A stretch of 64,000 bases of DNA, taken from the NCBI GenBank assembly GCA_031425655.1, contig JANPJS010000034.1, forward strand, positions 1 through 64,000, given 5' to 3'. A program made the position numbers and the translations under genes. How positions within the stretch are numbered: position 1 is the stretch's first letter; each line of letters opens with the position of its first letter. Below, one piece after another: positions 1-9,139 of the stretch. A model generated the notes under the pieces. It ran no database searches. It was given only the letters and a program-made list of their open reading frames with translations, and was not told the origin of the DNA. Source of the DNA: Abditibacteriaceae bacterium. Lineage in GTDB: Bacteria; Armatimonadota; Abditibacteriia; Abditibacteriales; Abditibacteriaceae.

Positions 1-47
1 CGAAGGTGGACTTCGCCGCGTTGTTGCCGCGAATTTATTCGCCGGGC
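1..47. repeat. Right part of a REP-like palindromic element, same family as 6002-6126 and 18887-19004, cut by the window edge
   Basis: Contains ttgccgcgaatttattcgcc, identical to the right arms of the other two copies. Confidence 0.8.
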
Positions 48-124
48 CATTCCGTGAAACACCGAAGAATCCTAATGCGTTTGCCCTGCTGGATGGAGAG
101 ATAATCACAGCGCGTGCGGAAACG

Positions 125-164
125 AAACAGCGCGCCGATAGAGCATCTATCGGCGCGCTGTTTT
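125..164. terminator. Intrinsic terminator hairpin
   Basis: 18-bp perfect stem aaacagcgcgccgataga/tctatcggcgcgctgttt with A/T tails, downstream of the 190..657 gene. Confidence 0.75.
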
Positions 165-189
165 GTCGGATCATACTTTTAACGGAGCG

Positions 190-657
190 TCAACCTCCGC
201 CCAATTTCGTGAGCAGAAACAGCAGTCCGATGACGGCAGCGGCACCAATCGCGGCGAAGGCCACATAGTCGAAAGTCGTAATCGGCGCTCTGGAGTTGGC
301 CGCAGACACGGGCGCCCGCTTAGCCGGCGATGGCGTGTGCGCTACCGGAGCTTTCGCGGCTTCGACGCGCTTTTGTCGGACTTGCGCGCAGGAAAGACAC
401 AAAAAGAAACCGGGATTTTCATCGGCTTGAAACCACTTTGTGCATTCCGGGCACTGGCGTTGATAGTGCTCCGGGCACAAAGGCCGATGGTCTTCGGTGA
501 CGTAACGCTCGTCGTCGTAGGCCGCGAATGGCGGACGCAAAAACTTGTCGCAGACCGCGCAAGTGAACGGGAAAAACGTGCCGCACTTATCACAACGCGT
601 CTGCTTGGCTTCCGCCGGGATTTCGTGTCCGCATTCACGGCAATTCACGAAGGCCAT
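190..657 (-). CDS. Hypothetical multi-zinc-ribbon protein with C-terminal transmembrane helix
   Basis: MAFVNCREC...; six CxxC/CxxH pairs, Pro/Ala linker, hydrophobic C-terminal helix; start moved to ATG 657. Confidence 0.7.
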   Translation of the reverse strand: MAFVNCRECGHEIPAEAKQTRCDKCGTFFPFTCAVCDKFLRPPFAAYDDERYVTEDHRPLCPEHYQRQCPECTKWFQADENPGFFLCLSCAQVRQKRVEAAKAPVAHTPSPAKRAPVSAANSRAPITTFDYVAFAAIGAAAVIGLLFLLTKLGGG

Positions 658-779
658 CGAGCAATTATCCTCCCGCGCCGGGCACCGTTTTCGTCCATCG
701 TAACGGCAGGCTGAGCGCACGTTAACACGTCAAAACGGGACGCAGTTTAGCAGAAACCCCGGTCGGTGAACCGCAGGTT

Positions 780-1577
780 TTAAGCGCGCACCGCGTTAAC
801 AATAGCGGCCAGCGAATCGGCTTTCAGACTCGCACCGCCCACAAGGGCGCCATCAATGTGTTCGCGGCCCAGCAGGTCGGCGGCGTTGTCCGGCTTCACG
901 CTGCCGCCGTATTGCACGCGCACACGCATTCCCGCGTCGTCGCCCAAAACTTCGGCGACCGTAGTGCGAATTACGCCGCACACACGGTTGGCTTCCTCGG
1001 CTGCGCAGGTTTCCCCGGTGCCGATGGCCCACACCGGCTCGTAAGCGAAAACCAGTTCGGCATCAGCCTCGACGCCTTCCAGAGCGGCGCGCGTTTGCTC
1101 TTGCACCGTAGCGTCGGTTTCTCCGGCTTTGCGTTCACTCAGCGTTTCGCCGACGCAAATGATGGGCAGCAGGCCGTTTTCCAGCGCCGCGAGCGTTTTT
1201 TTGTTAACCGTCACGTCGTTATCGCCGAAAACGCGGCCCGCCTCGCCTTCGAGTTCGGGTTCGGGCACGCCGAAACGGCCCCGGCGCTCGCTGTGGCCAA
1301 TAATGACGTGCGTGCAGCCCGCATCTTTGAGAAAATCCGCCGAAACTTCGCCGGTGTAAGCGCCCGACGCTTTCCAGAAAATGTCCTGCGCGCCGACTGC
1401 GATGCTGCTGCCTTCAGCGGCCTGCGCCGTCGCCGCTAAGGCCGTAAAAACCGGGCAGAGCAGCACTTCGACGCCGTTTGCGCCTTCAATCAGCGGACGC
1501 AGTTCGTTGACGAAAGCGGTCGCTTCGCCAATGGTTTTATTGAGTTTCCAGTTTCCGGCAATGAGTGGTGTTCGCAT
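780..1577 (-). CDS. tpiA: Triosephosphate isomerase
   Basis: AGNWK, HSERR, AYEPVWAIGTG, YGGSV and LVGGASL motifs; follows gap-pgk. Confidence 0.98.
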   Translation of the reverse strand: MRTPLIAGNWKLNKTIGEATAFVNELRPLIEGANGVEVLLCPVFTALAATAQAAEGSSIAVGAQDIFWKASGAYTGEVSADFLKDAGCTHVIIGHSERRGRFGVPEPELEGEAGRVFGDNDVTVNKKTLAALENGLLPIICVGETLSERKAGETDATVQEQTRAALEGVEADAELVFAYEPVWAIGTGETCAAEEANRVCGVIRTTVAEVLGDDAGMRVRVQYGGSVKPDNAADLLGREHIDGALVGGASLKADSLAAIVNAVRA

Positions 1578-1585
1578 GAAAATCT

Positions 1586-1688
1586 AAGGCGGAAGGATGA
1601 AGGATGAAGGATGAAAAAGCGCCTGCGGCGCAAGACCCAACGGCGCGTAGCGCCGTATTTCATCCCTCATCCCTCCGCCTTCATCCTT
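1586..1688. repeat. Tandem-heptamer inverted-repeat element (GGATGAA)n...(TTCATCC)n
   Basis: Arms aaggcggaaggatgaaggatgaaggatgaaa and tttcatccctcatccctccgccttcatcctt; abuts the pgk stop. Confidence 0.85.
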
Positions 1689-2905
1689 TATTTGTCGTCC
1701 AACGCCGCAACGCCGGGCAGTTCGATACCTTCGAGAAATTCCAGACTGGCGCCGCCGCCGGTGGAAACGTGCGTCATCTGCTCGGCGAGGCCCATTTGCT
1801 TGGCCGCTGCTGCCGAATCGCCGCCGCCAATTACAGTCGTGGCACCCTTCGCGGTTGCCCGCGCGGCGGCTTCGGCGATGGCTCTGGTGCCGCCCGCAAA
1901 AGGAGTCACCTCGAAACGTCCCATCGGGCCGTTCCACAACACCGTGCGAGCGCTTTCAACGACGCGCGAATATTCGGCGATAGTTTCGGGGCCGATGTCC
2001 ATGCCCATCATATCGGGCGGAATCGAACCGGCGGGGACAACGGCGGTTTGGGCGTCCTCGGCATCGCGGTCGGCGACTATGAAGTCTTTGGGCAAACGAA
2101 AATCTTTGCCGCTTTCGCGCGCTAATTGCAAAAGCTCGGCGGCAATGGGCGCGTCTTCGCTTTTGAAATACGAGGTGCCGACTTCGCGGCCTTGCGCGCT
2201 TTCAAAAGCGTAGCTCATGGCGCCGCCGATGAGTAACGTGTCCACTTTTTCGAGCAAACTGCGAATCACGCCGATTTTGTCGCTGACTTTCACGCCGCCC
2301 AAAATTGCCACGAAAGGACGCTGCGGATTGGTCACGACGCGGCCCAAAAAGTCCAGTTCGCGCGCCATTAAAAGTCCGGCCACGCACGGCTTGCCTTGCT
2401 CGCGCATGGCGTGTGCTACGCCTTCGGTCGAAGCGTGGGCGCGGTGCGCGGCGCCAAAAGCATCGTTGACGTAGACATCGGCTAAATTAGCTAATTCGCG
2501 CGCGAAATTCGCGTCGTTGGCTTCTTCTTCGGAATGGAAGCGCACGTTTTCGAGCATCAAAATGTCGTTTTCGTCGAGACTTGCTGCGGCTTGTTTCGCT
2601 TCGGAGCCAATCGTATCGGAAACGGTTTTGATCTGACGCCGGTTTTGATCGAGCAACTCGCTGAGGCGCCGCGCGACGGGCGCCAGACGCATGGATTCGA
2701 CGACCTGACCTTTGGGCCGGCCAAAATGCGCCATCAAAATAATCGCCGCGCCTTGACTGAGCAAAAAATTGAGCGTCGGCAGCGTTTCGCGGATGCGCGC
2801 GTCATCGGTGATTTCGCCGTTTTCGTCCATCGGCACGTTGTAATCCACGCGCATCAGAACTTTTTTGCCCAGCAAATTCACATCTGAGATGGTTTTCTTG
2901 TTCAT
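1688..2905 (-). CDS. pgk: Phosphoglycerate kinase
   Basis: RVDYNVP, HFGRP, LENVRF, DAFGAAHRAHAS, GGGDS and STGGGASLE motifs; start set to MNKKT at 2905. Confidence 0.98.
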   Translation of the reverse strand: MNKKTISDVNLLGKKVLMRVDYNVPMDENGEITDDARIRETLPTLNFLLSQGAAIILMAHFGRPKGQVVESMRLAPVARRLSELLDQNRRQIKTVSDTIGSEAKQAAASLDENDILMLENVRFHSEEEANDANFARELANLADVYVNDAFGAAHRAHASTEGVAHAMREQGKPCVAGLLMARELDFLGRVVTNPQRPFVAILGGVKVSDKIGVIRSLLEKVDTLLIGGAMSYAFESAQGREVGTSYFKSEDAPIAAELLQLARESGKDFRLPKDFIVADRDAEDAQTAVVPAGSIPPDMMGMDIGPETIAEYSRVVESARTVLWNGPMGRFEVTPFAGGTRAIAEAAARATAKGATTVIGGGDSAAAAKQMGLAEQMTHVSTGGGASLEFLEGIELPGVAALDDK

Positions 2906-2924
2906 GATTAGCTCCGAAAACAAA

Positions 2925-3012
2925 TTAACCGCCAAGACGCCAAGAGCGCCAAGAAAAAAATAGGAAATCACATCTCTTTTTTTCTTGGCGTTCTTGGCGT
3001 CTTGGCGGTTAA
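2925..3012. repeat. Tandem (CGCCAAGA)-type inverted-repeat element
   Basis: ttaaccgccaagacgccaagagcgccaagaaaaaaa pairs with tttttttcttggcgttcttggcgtcttggcggttaa, between gap and pgk. Confidence 0.88.
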
Positions 3013-3016
3013 AGAT

Positions 3017-4033
3017 TTACAGGCCCCGGCTGACCATGTAGTTGATGAGGTCGGCGACGCGGCAGGAATAGCCCCACTCGTTGTCATACCAGCTCAAAAC
3101 TTTGAGCATTTTGTCGCCCATGACCATTGTCGTCGGCCCGTCCACGATGGACGAATGCGGGTTGCCCTTGAAGTCCACGCTGACTAATTCTTCGTCGCAC
3201 ACAGACAAGATGCCTTTCATCGGCCCGGCGGCGGCGGCGCGAAACGCGGCGTTGGCGGCGTCGGCGGTGACGTTTTGCGTCGTGTTCACTACTAAGTCAA
3301 CGACCGAAACCGTCGGCGTCGGCACACGCATGGACATTCCGTGCATTTTGCCTTTGAGTTCAGGAATGACAAGTGCGATAGCTTTGGCCGCGCCGGTCGA
3401 AGTCGGAATCATCGAAACCGCACCGGCGCGTGCGCGGCGCAAATCTTCGTGAACTTGGTCGTTCATGCGCTGATCGTTGGTATACGAGTGAATCGTGTTC
3501 ATCAAGCCGCCCTCAATGCCGAAGGTGTCGAGAATGACTTTGGCCATCGGCGCCAGACAGTTGGTGGTGCAGCTTGCGTTCGAGATCACATGATGCGCCG
3601 CCGGGTCGTATTTTTCGTTGTTGACGCCCATCGCGATGGTGATGTCTTCGTTTTTGGCCGGGGCCGAAATGATGACTTTTTTGGCGCCGCCCGCATCAAT
3701 GTGCGCGCGGGCTTTGGTGGCGTCGGTGAAAAATCCAGTGGATTCGACAATGATGTCGGCGCCGACATCGCCCCAGCGCAGGTTGCCGGGATCGCGTTCT
3801 TTAAACACTTTGACGAACTCGCCGTTGACCACGAAACCATCGTCTTTGACTTCGACACTGCCGGGAAACGCACCGTAATTGCTGTCGTGTTTGAGCAGGT
3901 GCGCGTTGGTGTGCGGGTCGGACAGGTCATTGATGGCGACTACGTCAATCGTGTCGCCGTATTTTTCGGTAATCGCGCGAAATGTGATGCGTCCGATGCG
4001 CCCGAAACCGTTGATTCCAACTTTAATTGCCAT
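3017..4033 (-). CDS. gap: Glyceraldehyde-3-phosphate dehydrogenase (type I)
   Basis: [21 protein letters not shown] and WYDNEWGYS motifs. Confidence 0.98.
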   Translation of the reverse strand: MAIKVGINGFGRIGRITFRAITEKYGDTIDVVAINDLSDPHTNAHLLKHDSNYGAFPGSVEVKDDGFVVNGEFVKVFKERDPGNLRWGDVGADIIVESTGFFTDATKARAHIDAGGAKKVIISAPAKNEDITIAMGVNNEKYDPAAHHVISNASCTTNCLAPMAKVILDTFGIEGGLMNTIHSYTNDQRMNDQVHEDLRRARAGAVSMIPTSTGAAKAIALVIPELKGKMHGMSMRVPTPTVSVVDLVVNTTQNVTADAANAAFRAAAAGPMKGILSVCDEELVSVDFKGNPHSSIVDGPTTMVMGDKMLKVLSWYDNEWGYSCRVADLINYMVSRGL

Positions 4034-4132
4034 GAGTAAGCGTTTCTCCAGGGGTTCTAATTTTCGCCGCGTAGTATAGCAGGATGCCTTGTAGTAACGG
4101 ACACTACAGGCTCAAAAACACCTTTTTCTATC

Positions 4133-5881
4133 ATGCTAAATCAAAATGTGAAGCGCCGTTTTAGCAGAGAGTTTTGCGGCGTTGCCATGCTGGGCGCCTT
4201 GATTGTTGCCGGTTGCCGTGAAGACAAAGTCGTCGTCTCAAATACCGCCACGGCGCCCTCTGACAACTTGAAAGCGTCTGCGCCTGCTCAAGTTATTGCC
4301 TTTGAGGAAAGAGCTGAGCGCAGCGGAATTAAGTTTCGCTGGGCACCGCAGAAGCGTCCCTTAAACATTGTAAGCACGCTTGGCTATGGTTGCGCTTTTT
4401 TTGATTATGACAACGACGGATGGCAAGACATTTTGTTAGTTGGGGCGCAAACTCCGGCATTATTCCGCAATACCAGGGATGGACAATTCGAGAACGTGAC
4501 AGTGCGTTTGGGGCTTGGGGCTTTTAAAGGCGCCTGGAATGGCTGCGCTATTGGTGATTATGACGGTGACGGCTTCGCCGATGTGCTGCTAACCGGCTTC
4601 CATTCTCTGGCGTTGTTGAAAAACCAAGCGGCCAAAGGTTGGACAAATGTAACCGTGAAAGTCGGTTTGCATCCGCAAAACCGCTTTCATACGGGCAGTA
4701 GCGCCGGGTTTATGGACTTGGACAGGAATGGCACTCTGGACTTGGTGATCGGCAATTATGTGAAATTTGGGCCGCAGGAAAAGCAAAACTGCGAAAGCGT
4801 CCCCGGCACATTGGATGCTTGCGGCCCGATTGAATATAAGCCGGAGTTTGCCGAGTTGTGGCGAAATGATGGTCAGGGCCGGTTTTTTGATGTTTCGCGG
4901 AAGTCTGGTTTTTCGGCTACGCACGGCAAAGCGTTGGCTGTGGCGTTTGCCGATTTTAATAATGATAATCTCACTGATATTTATGTGGGAAACGATGGCG
5001 TGCCGGCTGATCTGATGCTGAATCAGGGCAACCTGCGTTTTCGCAACGTAGGAAAGTCCAGCGGCACGGCTTATGGTATGGTTGGGGGCCGTCCCGTTGC
5101 GGCAATGGGTGCCGACTGGAGCGATTTCGACCGCGATGGGCGTCTTGATCTGGTGGTCAGCGCTTTTTCCGATGAGCCGGCCTCGTTGTTTCGTAATTTG
5201 GGCAGCGGAGCATTCGAGAACGCTTCCGAAGCCACTCAATTGGCCGGAGTATCCATGAATAGTTTGGAATTTGGTGCCAAATGGCTGGATTTCGACAATG
5301 ATTCCTGGCCGGATTTAGCTATGGCCTGCGGACACGTTTTTGACCAGGCTGAGCAACTTAATCCGTTATCGCCCTGGCGACAGCCAATTCTTTTAGCGCA
5401 CAACCAAAAAGACGCTTTATCGAATACCCGCCAATTCGTCAATATAGCGCCTCGACTGGAAAAGTCGCTGTTGAAACCGATTGTTGGGCGCGGATTGGCT
5501 ACCGGCGATTATGACAACGATGGCCGTATGGATTTACTGGTTGTGGATGCCGAAGGCTCGCCGCTGCTGTTACATAATTTATCTGTAAAAAAGCACCATT
5601 GGATAACATTTGACGTGAAGGATCAGAATGGAAATCCGGCGCTTGGGGCGCAAGTCGTAGCTCGTGCCGGCAACAAAGTCTGGGTCGGGCAGGTTTCTCC
5701 GTCCAGTAGTTATCTTTCGTCCAGTGATCCTCGCGTTCATTTTGGTCTGGGCGATACCGAAATCTTAGATTCGGTCGTTATCGAGTGGCCTTCAGGCCGG
5801 AAAAGGACTCTCAATCAAGCGCGCAGCGACCAGATTATCACCGTGCGGAGCGACAAAGCTGCTTTGACGGCGACTGAATAA
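4133..5881 (+). CDS. CRTAC1-family FG-GAP repeat protein with C-terminal ASPIC/UnbV domain; possible lipoprotein
   Basis: Repeated DYDNDG/DFDRDG motifs, GRGLATGDYDNDG, SYLSSSDPRVHFGLG...WPSG; lipobox-like VAGC. Confidence 0.9.
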   Translation: MLNQNVKRRFSREFCGVAMLGALIVAGCREDKVVVSNTATAPSDNLKASAPAQVIAFEERAERSGIKFRWAPQKRPLNIVSTLGYGCAFFDYDNDGWQDILLVGAQTPALFRNTRDGQFENVTVRLGLGAFKGAWNGCAIGDYDGDGFADVLLTGFHSLALLKNQAAKGWTNVTVKVGLHPQNRFHTGSSAGFMDLDRNGTLDLVIGNYVKFGPQEKQNCESVPGTLDACGPIEYKPEFAELWRNDGQGRFFDVSRKSGFSATHGKALAVAFADFNNDNLTDIYVGNDGVPADLMLNQGNLRFRNVGKSSGTAYGMVGGRPVAAMGADWSDFDRDGRLDLVVSAFSDEPASLFRNLGSGAFENASEATQLAGVSMNSLEFGAKWLDFDNDSWPDLAMACGHVFDQAEQLNPLSPWRQPILLAHNQKDALSNTRQFVNIAPRLEKSLLKPIVGRGLATGDYDNDGRMDLLVVDAEGSPLLLHNLSVKKHHWITFDVKDQNGNPALGAQVVARAGNKVWVGQVSPSSSYLSSSDPRVHFGLGDTEILDSVVIEWPSGRKRTLNQARSDQIITVRSDKAALTATE

Positions 5882-5962
5882 CCGGCGCTAACAGTCTCAA
5901 ATTATCCCAAGTTGCTACCTATCACATCTGAAGTAATGGAGTCGCATTCAGCCCCCATCCAA

Positions 5963-6146
5963 CAGGGCAATCGCATGAGGATTTTTCGGAGGCTTGCCTG
6001 AGTGCCGGGCGAATAAATTCGCGGCAACCACGCGGCAAAGTCCGCCTTCGCGGACTCTTTTCTGAGTTTTTAGTCGCCGCAGGGCGACTTTGCCGAGTTT
6101 TTGCCGCGAATTTATTCGCCCGGCACGTTCTCATGCGATTGCCCTG
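5963..6146. mobile_element. Inner MITE with 17-bp TIR CAGGGCAATCGCATGAG and 10-bp target-site duplication; ISAs1-like ends
   Basis: TIRs 5963-5979 and 6130-6146; direct repeat ccccatccaa at 5953-5962 and 6147-6156. Confidence 0.8.
6002..6126. repeat. REP-like palindrome with 26-bp arms and two internal hairpins
   Basis: gtgccgggcgaataaattcgcggcaa / ttgccgcgaatttattcgcccggcac, enclosing agtccgccttcgcggact and agtcgccgcagggcgact. Confidence 0.85.
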
Positions 6147-6294
6147 CCCCATCCAACTTCCCCCGGTGGGGGAAGAGTGCGCTCTTCCGGGCAAAAATCC
6201 TTGAGAAAACGCGGCTCCTCCCCCTCCGGGGGAGGCTGGGTGGGGGCGGGAGCGACGAAGTCGCTCTTCGCACTCCCATAGGTAGCAACTTGGG

Positions 6295-7698
6295 TTAATT
6301 TAAGGCCGGCGGGGTTTTTAGCAGACGCTCGGCAGCGGCCAAGCGACTTTGGAGAACTTTGCTTCGTGGTTGCAAACGCAAGGCTTGAAGAAAGGTGTCG
6401 CGCGCCGGGGCTATCAGGCCGCGTTCGGCATACCAATCGCCTAAAGCAAGACGCAGCGAAGCGTCTTTTGGATAGGCCTTGACCAAACTTTCAACGTCGC
6501 GCAGTTGAGCTTCCTGCGCGTTGACTTGCGAGGACTGCTTCGCGTAATTCGTGGCCGCTTTTGTTTGTCCTATTTGATTGTTGATGGCTGCCAACTGCAA
6601 ATAAGGGACACGACTAAAACGGTTGAGCTTGAGAGCGTTCTCGAAAGCAACGCGCGCTTCCGGAATTTTTTTGAGGCGCAGGGCCGCTAATCCCAGAGTT
6701 TCTTGATATTCACTGTTATCAGGCGCCAGATTAACGGCCAGGCGAATGCAATCGTAGCTGCGTTGCAGGGCTTCCGGTTGTGACCTGCCGCGCCAGAGTT
6801 TCGCCATCATACTCTGGAGTTCGGCATCGGCAGGATAACGCTTTATAGAGGATGCGACGTGCTCAAAGGCCGCCTCCCGCTGTCCGGCGCGCATTAACGT
6901 GCGTCCCAGCAAAACATTGGGCGCAGCTTCATTGGGTAGTAATTGCACGGCGCGTCGCAAATGTATAATAGCCGCTCGCGTGTCTTTTAAGGCAAGACAG
7001 GCCGTGCCCAGTCTCAAATACAAATTTCCCGTGTCGGGCCACGTCTTGAGCGATTTCTCGAATAACCGTCGCGCTAAGGTCAGTTCAGCGACGTGGGTTT
7101 TTTGATGATACGGGAATTGCGCGGCAAAATCCAACGCGGTGGCGGCTAACAGGAGGTTTGTGCTGGGATTTTTCGGCGCAACCGCGACCGCTTTTCGCGC
7201 TGATTCCAAAGCCTCAAAGTGACGTTTTTGTTGATTCAAAGCCGAGGCCAAGCCCAGCCACGCTTGCGGCGATTTCGGAGATACGCGCAAGCATTGACGA
7301 TAGGCCGATTCTGCGGATGTGGCATGACCTTGCGCCAACGCGAGGTCGCCCAACGCTAAATGGCCTGCCAGTTTGTGTGGCTCAAGTGCGACTATGGCCC
7401 GTAACTGCTCTCCCGCTTTGACCAGATTTCCGGCTCTTTGGTAGGCGTCGGCCAATCTCCAGCGTTGCTGTGTGTCTTTAGGCTTTTGAGCAACAGCGTT
7501 TTCGATTTGCTTAAGTTCGGTTTCTCCGGCGTTTGAGAGCAAATTTGATGGGGGTAGGTCAGCGAAGTCACGAGTTGGCGAGCCGGTTATTGGCTCTCGC
7601 AGCGCCGGATGCGTGGTCAGATAATAATTCTGAAAGGCAATTGCGGCGACAAGAGATAAGATGCCCAGCGAAATGACTTTAATCTTGCGGGTTTTCAT
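6295..7698 (-). CDS. Tetratricopeptide-repeat protein with N-terminal signal/anchor
   Basis: Many ~34-aa Ala/Leu-rich helical repeats; likely start MKTRKIKVISLGILSL at 7698. Confidence 0.85.
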   Translation of the reverse strand: MKTRKIKVISLGILSLVAAIAFQNYYLTTHPALREPITGSPTRDFADLPPSNLLSNAGETELKQIENAVAQKPKDTQQRWRLADAYQRAGNLVKAGEQLRAIVALEPHKLAGHLALGDLALAQGHATSAESAYRQCLRVSPKSPQAWLGLASALNQQKRHFEALESARKAVAVAPKNPSTNLLLAATALDFAAQFPYHQKTHVAELTLARRLFEKSLKTWPDTGNLYLRLGTACLALKDTRAAIIHLRRAVQLLPNEAAPNVLLGRTLMRAGQREAAFEHVASSIKRYPADAELQSMMAKLWRGRSQPEALQRSYDCIRLAVNLAPDNSEYQETLGLAALRLKKIPEARVAFENALKLNRFSRVPYLQLAAINNQIGQTKAATNYAKQSSQVNAQEAQLRDVESLVKAYPKDASLRLALGDWYAERGLIAPARDTFLQALRLQPRSKVLQSRLAAAERLLKTPPALN

Positions 7699-7792
7699 TC
7701 TGGTGTAAAAGAAAGACGTGTTCGCATCAGTAATGAAAACAGCCCCACCGAATAAAGTGGAGCTGTTTTCATTACTGATGCGAATGCCGCAC

Positions 7793-8551
7793 TTAGTTGA
7801 TGTAATAAGTCGGCGCTTTGCCGGTGCGGGGGTTGTTGGCTGCAACTCCAAGGGGACGCAAGGTTTCCTCAGAAAACCATTTGACGTGCCCGTCGGCGAA
7901 AGCGTAATTGGCGCCACCTAAATGGCGGCCAAGCGATTGCCGGTTGAGCATCTCGTCATGCCCGTCTGTCCAGCCCCAGCCATCGGTCCAGTTGCTTTCG
8001 GCACCGATGCCGGCATACGTAGGAGCCTCACCAATCAAAATGGTTGCCGCAGAAAAGGACAAGTCCGAGGCATTCCTGGAATTGGTTGCACCATTGTAAG
8101 CACCGGAAACTTCGCGATTGATGTAATAGTGCATACCGACTTGCTGGGTGTTGTCGTTACCGGTGCCCTGGTTTTGGCCCCAAGAAGCGCTCGGACATTT
8201 AAAAATCTGCCCGCTTTTTGCGTATGGAACGAGGAGATGCTGCCAGCCTATCCGGCGCTTTTGTTGAACGCCAAGGGGGTTATCCGGCGTGTTGTAGCTT
8301 GCGTCAGTTGTCGGTAAATCATACATCGCCCACGGATACCGTTCGTCGTAGTCCTGAATGTATTGCAGGGCACCGATTCCGAGCTGTTTCATGTTATTGA
8401 GGCAGCTCGACTTGCGGGCGTTTTCGCGCGCTCGTGCGAAAACGGGGAAGAGGATGGCCGCGAGCAATGCGATGATCGCTATGACGACCAACAGTTCGAT
8501 GAGCGTAAACGCTTTGCGCGTTGTGCCCTTCGTGCGACGGATGCTAATCAT
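7793..8551 (-). CDS. DUF1559 / prepilin-type N-methylation protein with H-X9-DG motif (copy 1)
   Basis: [50 protein letters not shown]. Confidence 0.92.
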   Translation of the reverse strand: MISIRRTKGTTRKAFTLIELLVVIAIIALLAAILFPVFARARENARKSSCLNNMKQLGIGALQYIQDYDERYPWAMYDLPTTDASYNTPDNPLGVQQKRRIGWQHLLVPYAKSGQIFKCPSASWGQNQGTGNDNTQQVGMHYYINREVSGAYNGATNSRNASDLSFSAATILIGEAPTYAGIGAESNWTDGWGWTDGHDEMLNRQSLGRHLGGANYAFADGHVKWFSEETLRPLGVAANNPRTGKAPTYYIN

Positions 8552-8680
8552 GGTTTTCTCCTGTGCTGAGTGGTCGTTAAGGGTAGCGACGGAAATAAGC
8601 CACTACGGTTAACTAAGCAACTGATAACCAATATTACCAGTTGCATAAATTTCAAAACACTTCACACGAAAAAAATTTTT

Positions 8681-8815
8681 AATCGGTTGACACAGAAGCA
8701 TTACTTTGTATCTTCTCTGCAAAAATGTTGGCGCTGCGCGATAATAAAGGCTTCGTGAAACCTTTACGCATTCTCGTGACCGGCGGCGGCAGCGCCGGCC
8801 ACATCAGCCCGGCGT
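8681..8815 (+). pseudogene. Duplicated murG upstream region and first ~20 codons (truncated)
   Basis: 131/135 identical to 12074-12208. Confidence 0.92.
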
Positions 8816-9005
8816 CGCGCGAAGCTGCGGTCTTCGCCGCGCAGTGATGCCTTTGCCTTCGGTCAGCGTGTAAAACGTGTTGGCGGACAGATTTTTCAGC
8901 GCCTCGCGTGTGCCGCTCGGCCATGCGACGGTCAGTTCGTCAATCTTCATGGCGCTTCCCAAGCCAAAATAAACGCGATGGTCACTGGATGTAAAGATAC
9001 TCGGT
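8804..9005 (-). pseudogene. 3' remnant of a third CRTAC1/ASPIC-UnbV gene
   Basis: SSDHRVYFGLG...VAWPSG...NLSAN..YTLTEG matches the C-termini of the two intact paralogues; rest of the gene absent. Confidence 0.8.
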
Positions 9006-9139
9006 TGCTGTTGTGCCGATGGGGTGCAGGGAGATCCAAGGTTTGGCATTTTGGATTTATTTGTGAAAAAGCTGCCAATTCGCGCTCTGGGCGAACGACA
9101 CTAACCAGAGCAAGGCAGACAATGTCGCGTTTTTGCTGT

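Larger units (their letters stand above)
5906..6294. mobile_element. MITE-like shell with 17-bp TIR CCCAAGTTGCTACCTAT, carrying nested elements
   Basis: TIRs at 5906-5922 and 6278-6294, identical to those of 18868-19028. Confidence 0.8.

Noticed and set aside
5922..6298. Small ORFs within the nested repeat region
   Set aside because: They are translations of palindromic repeats, with no transposase motifs.
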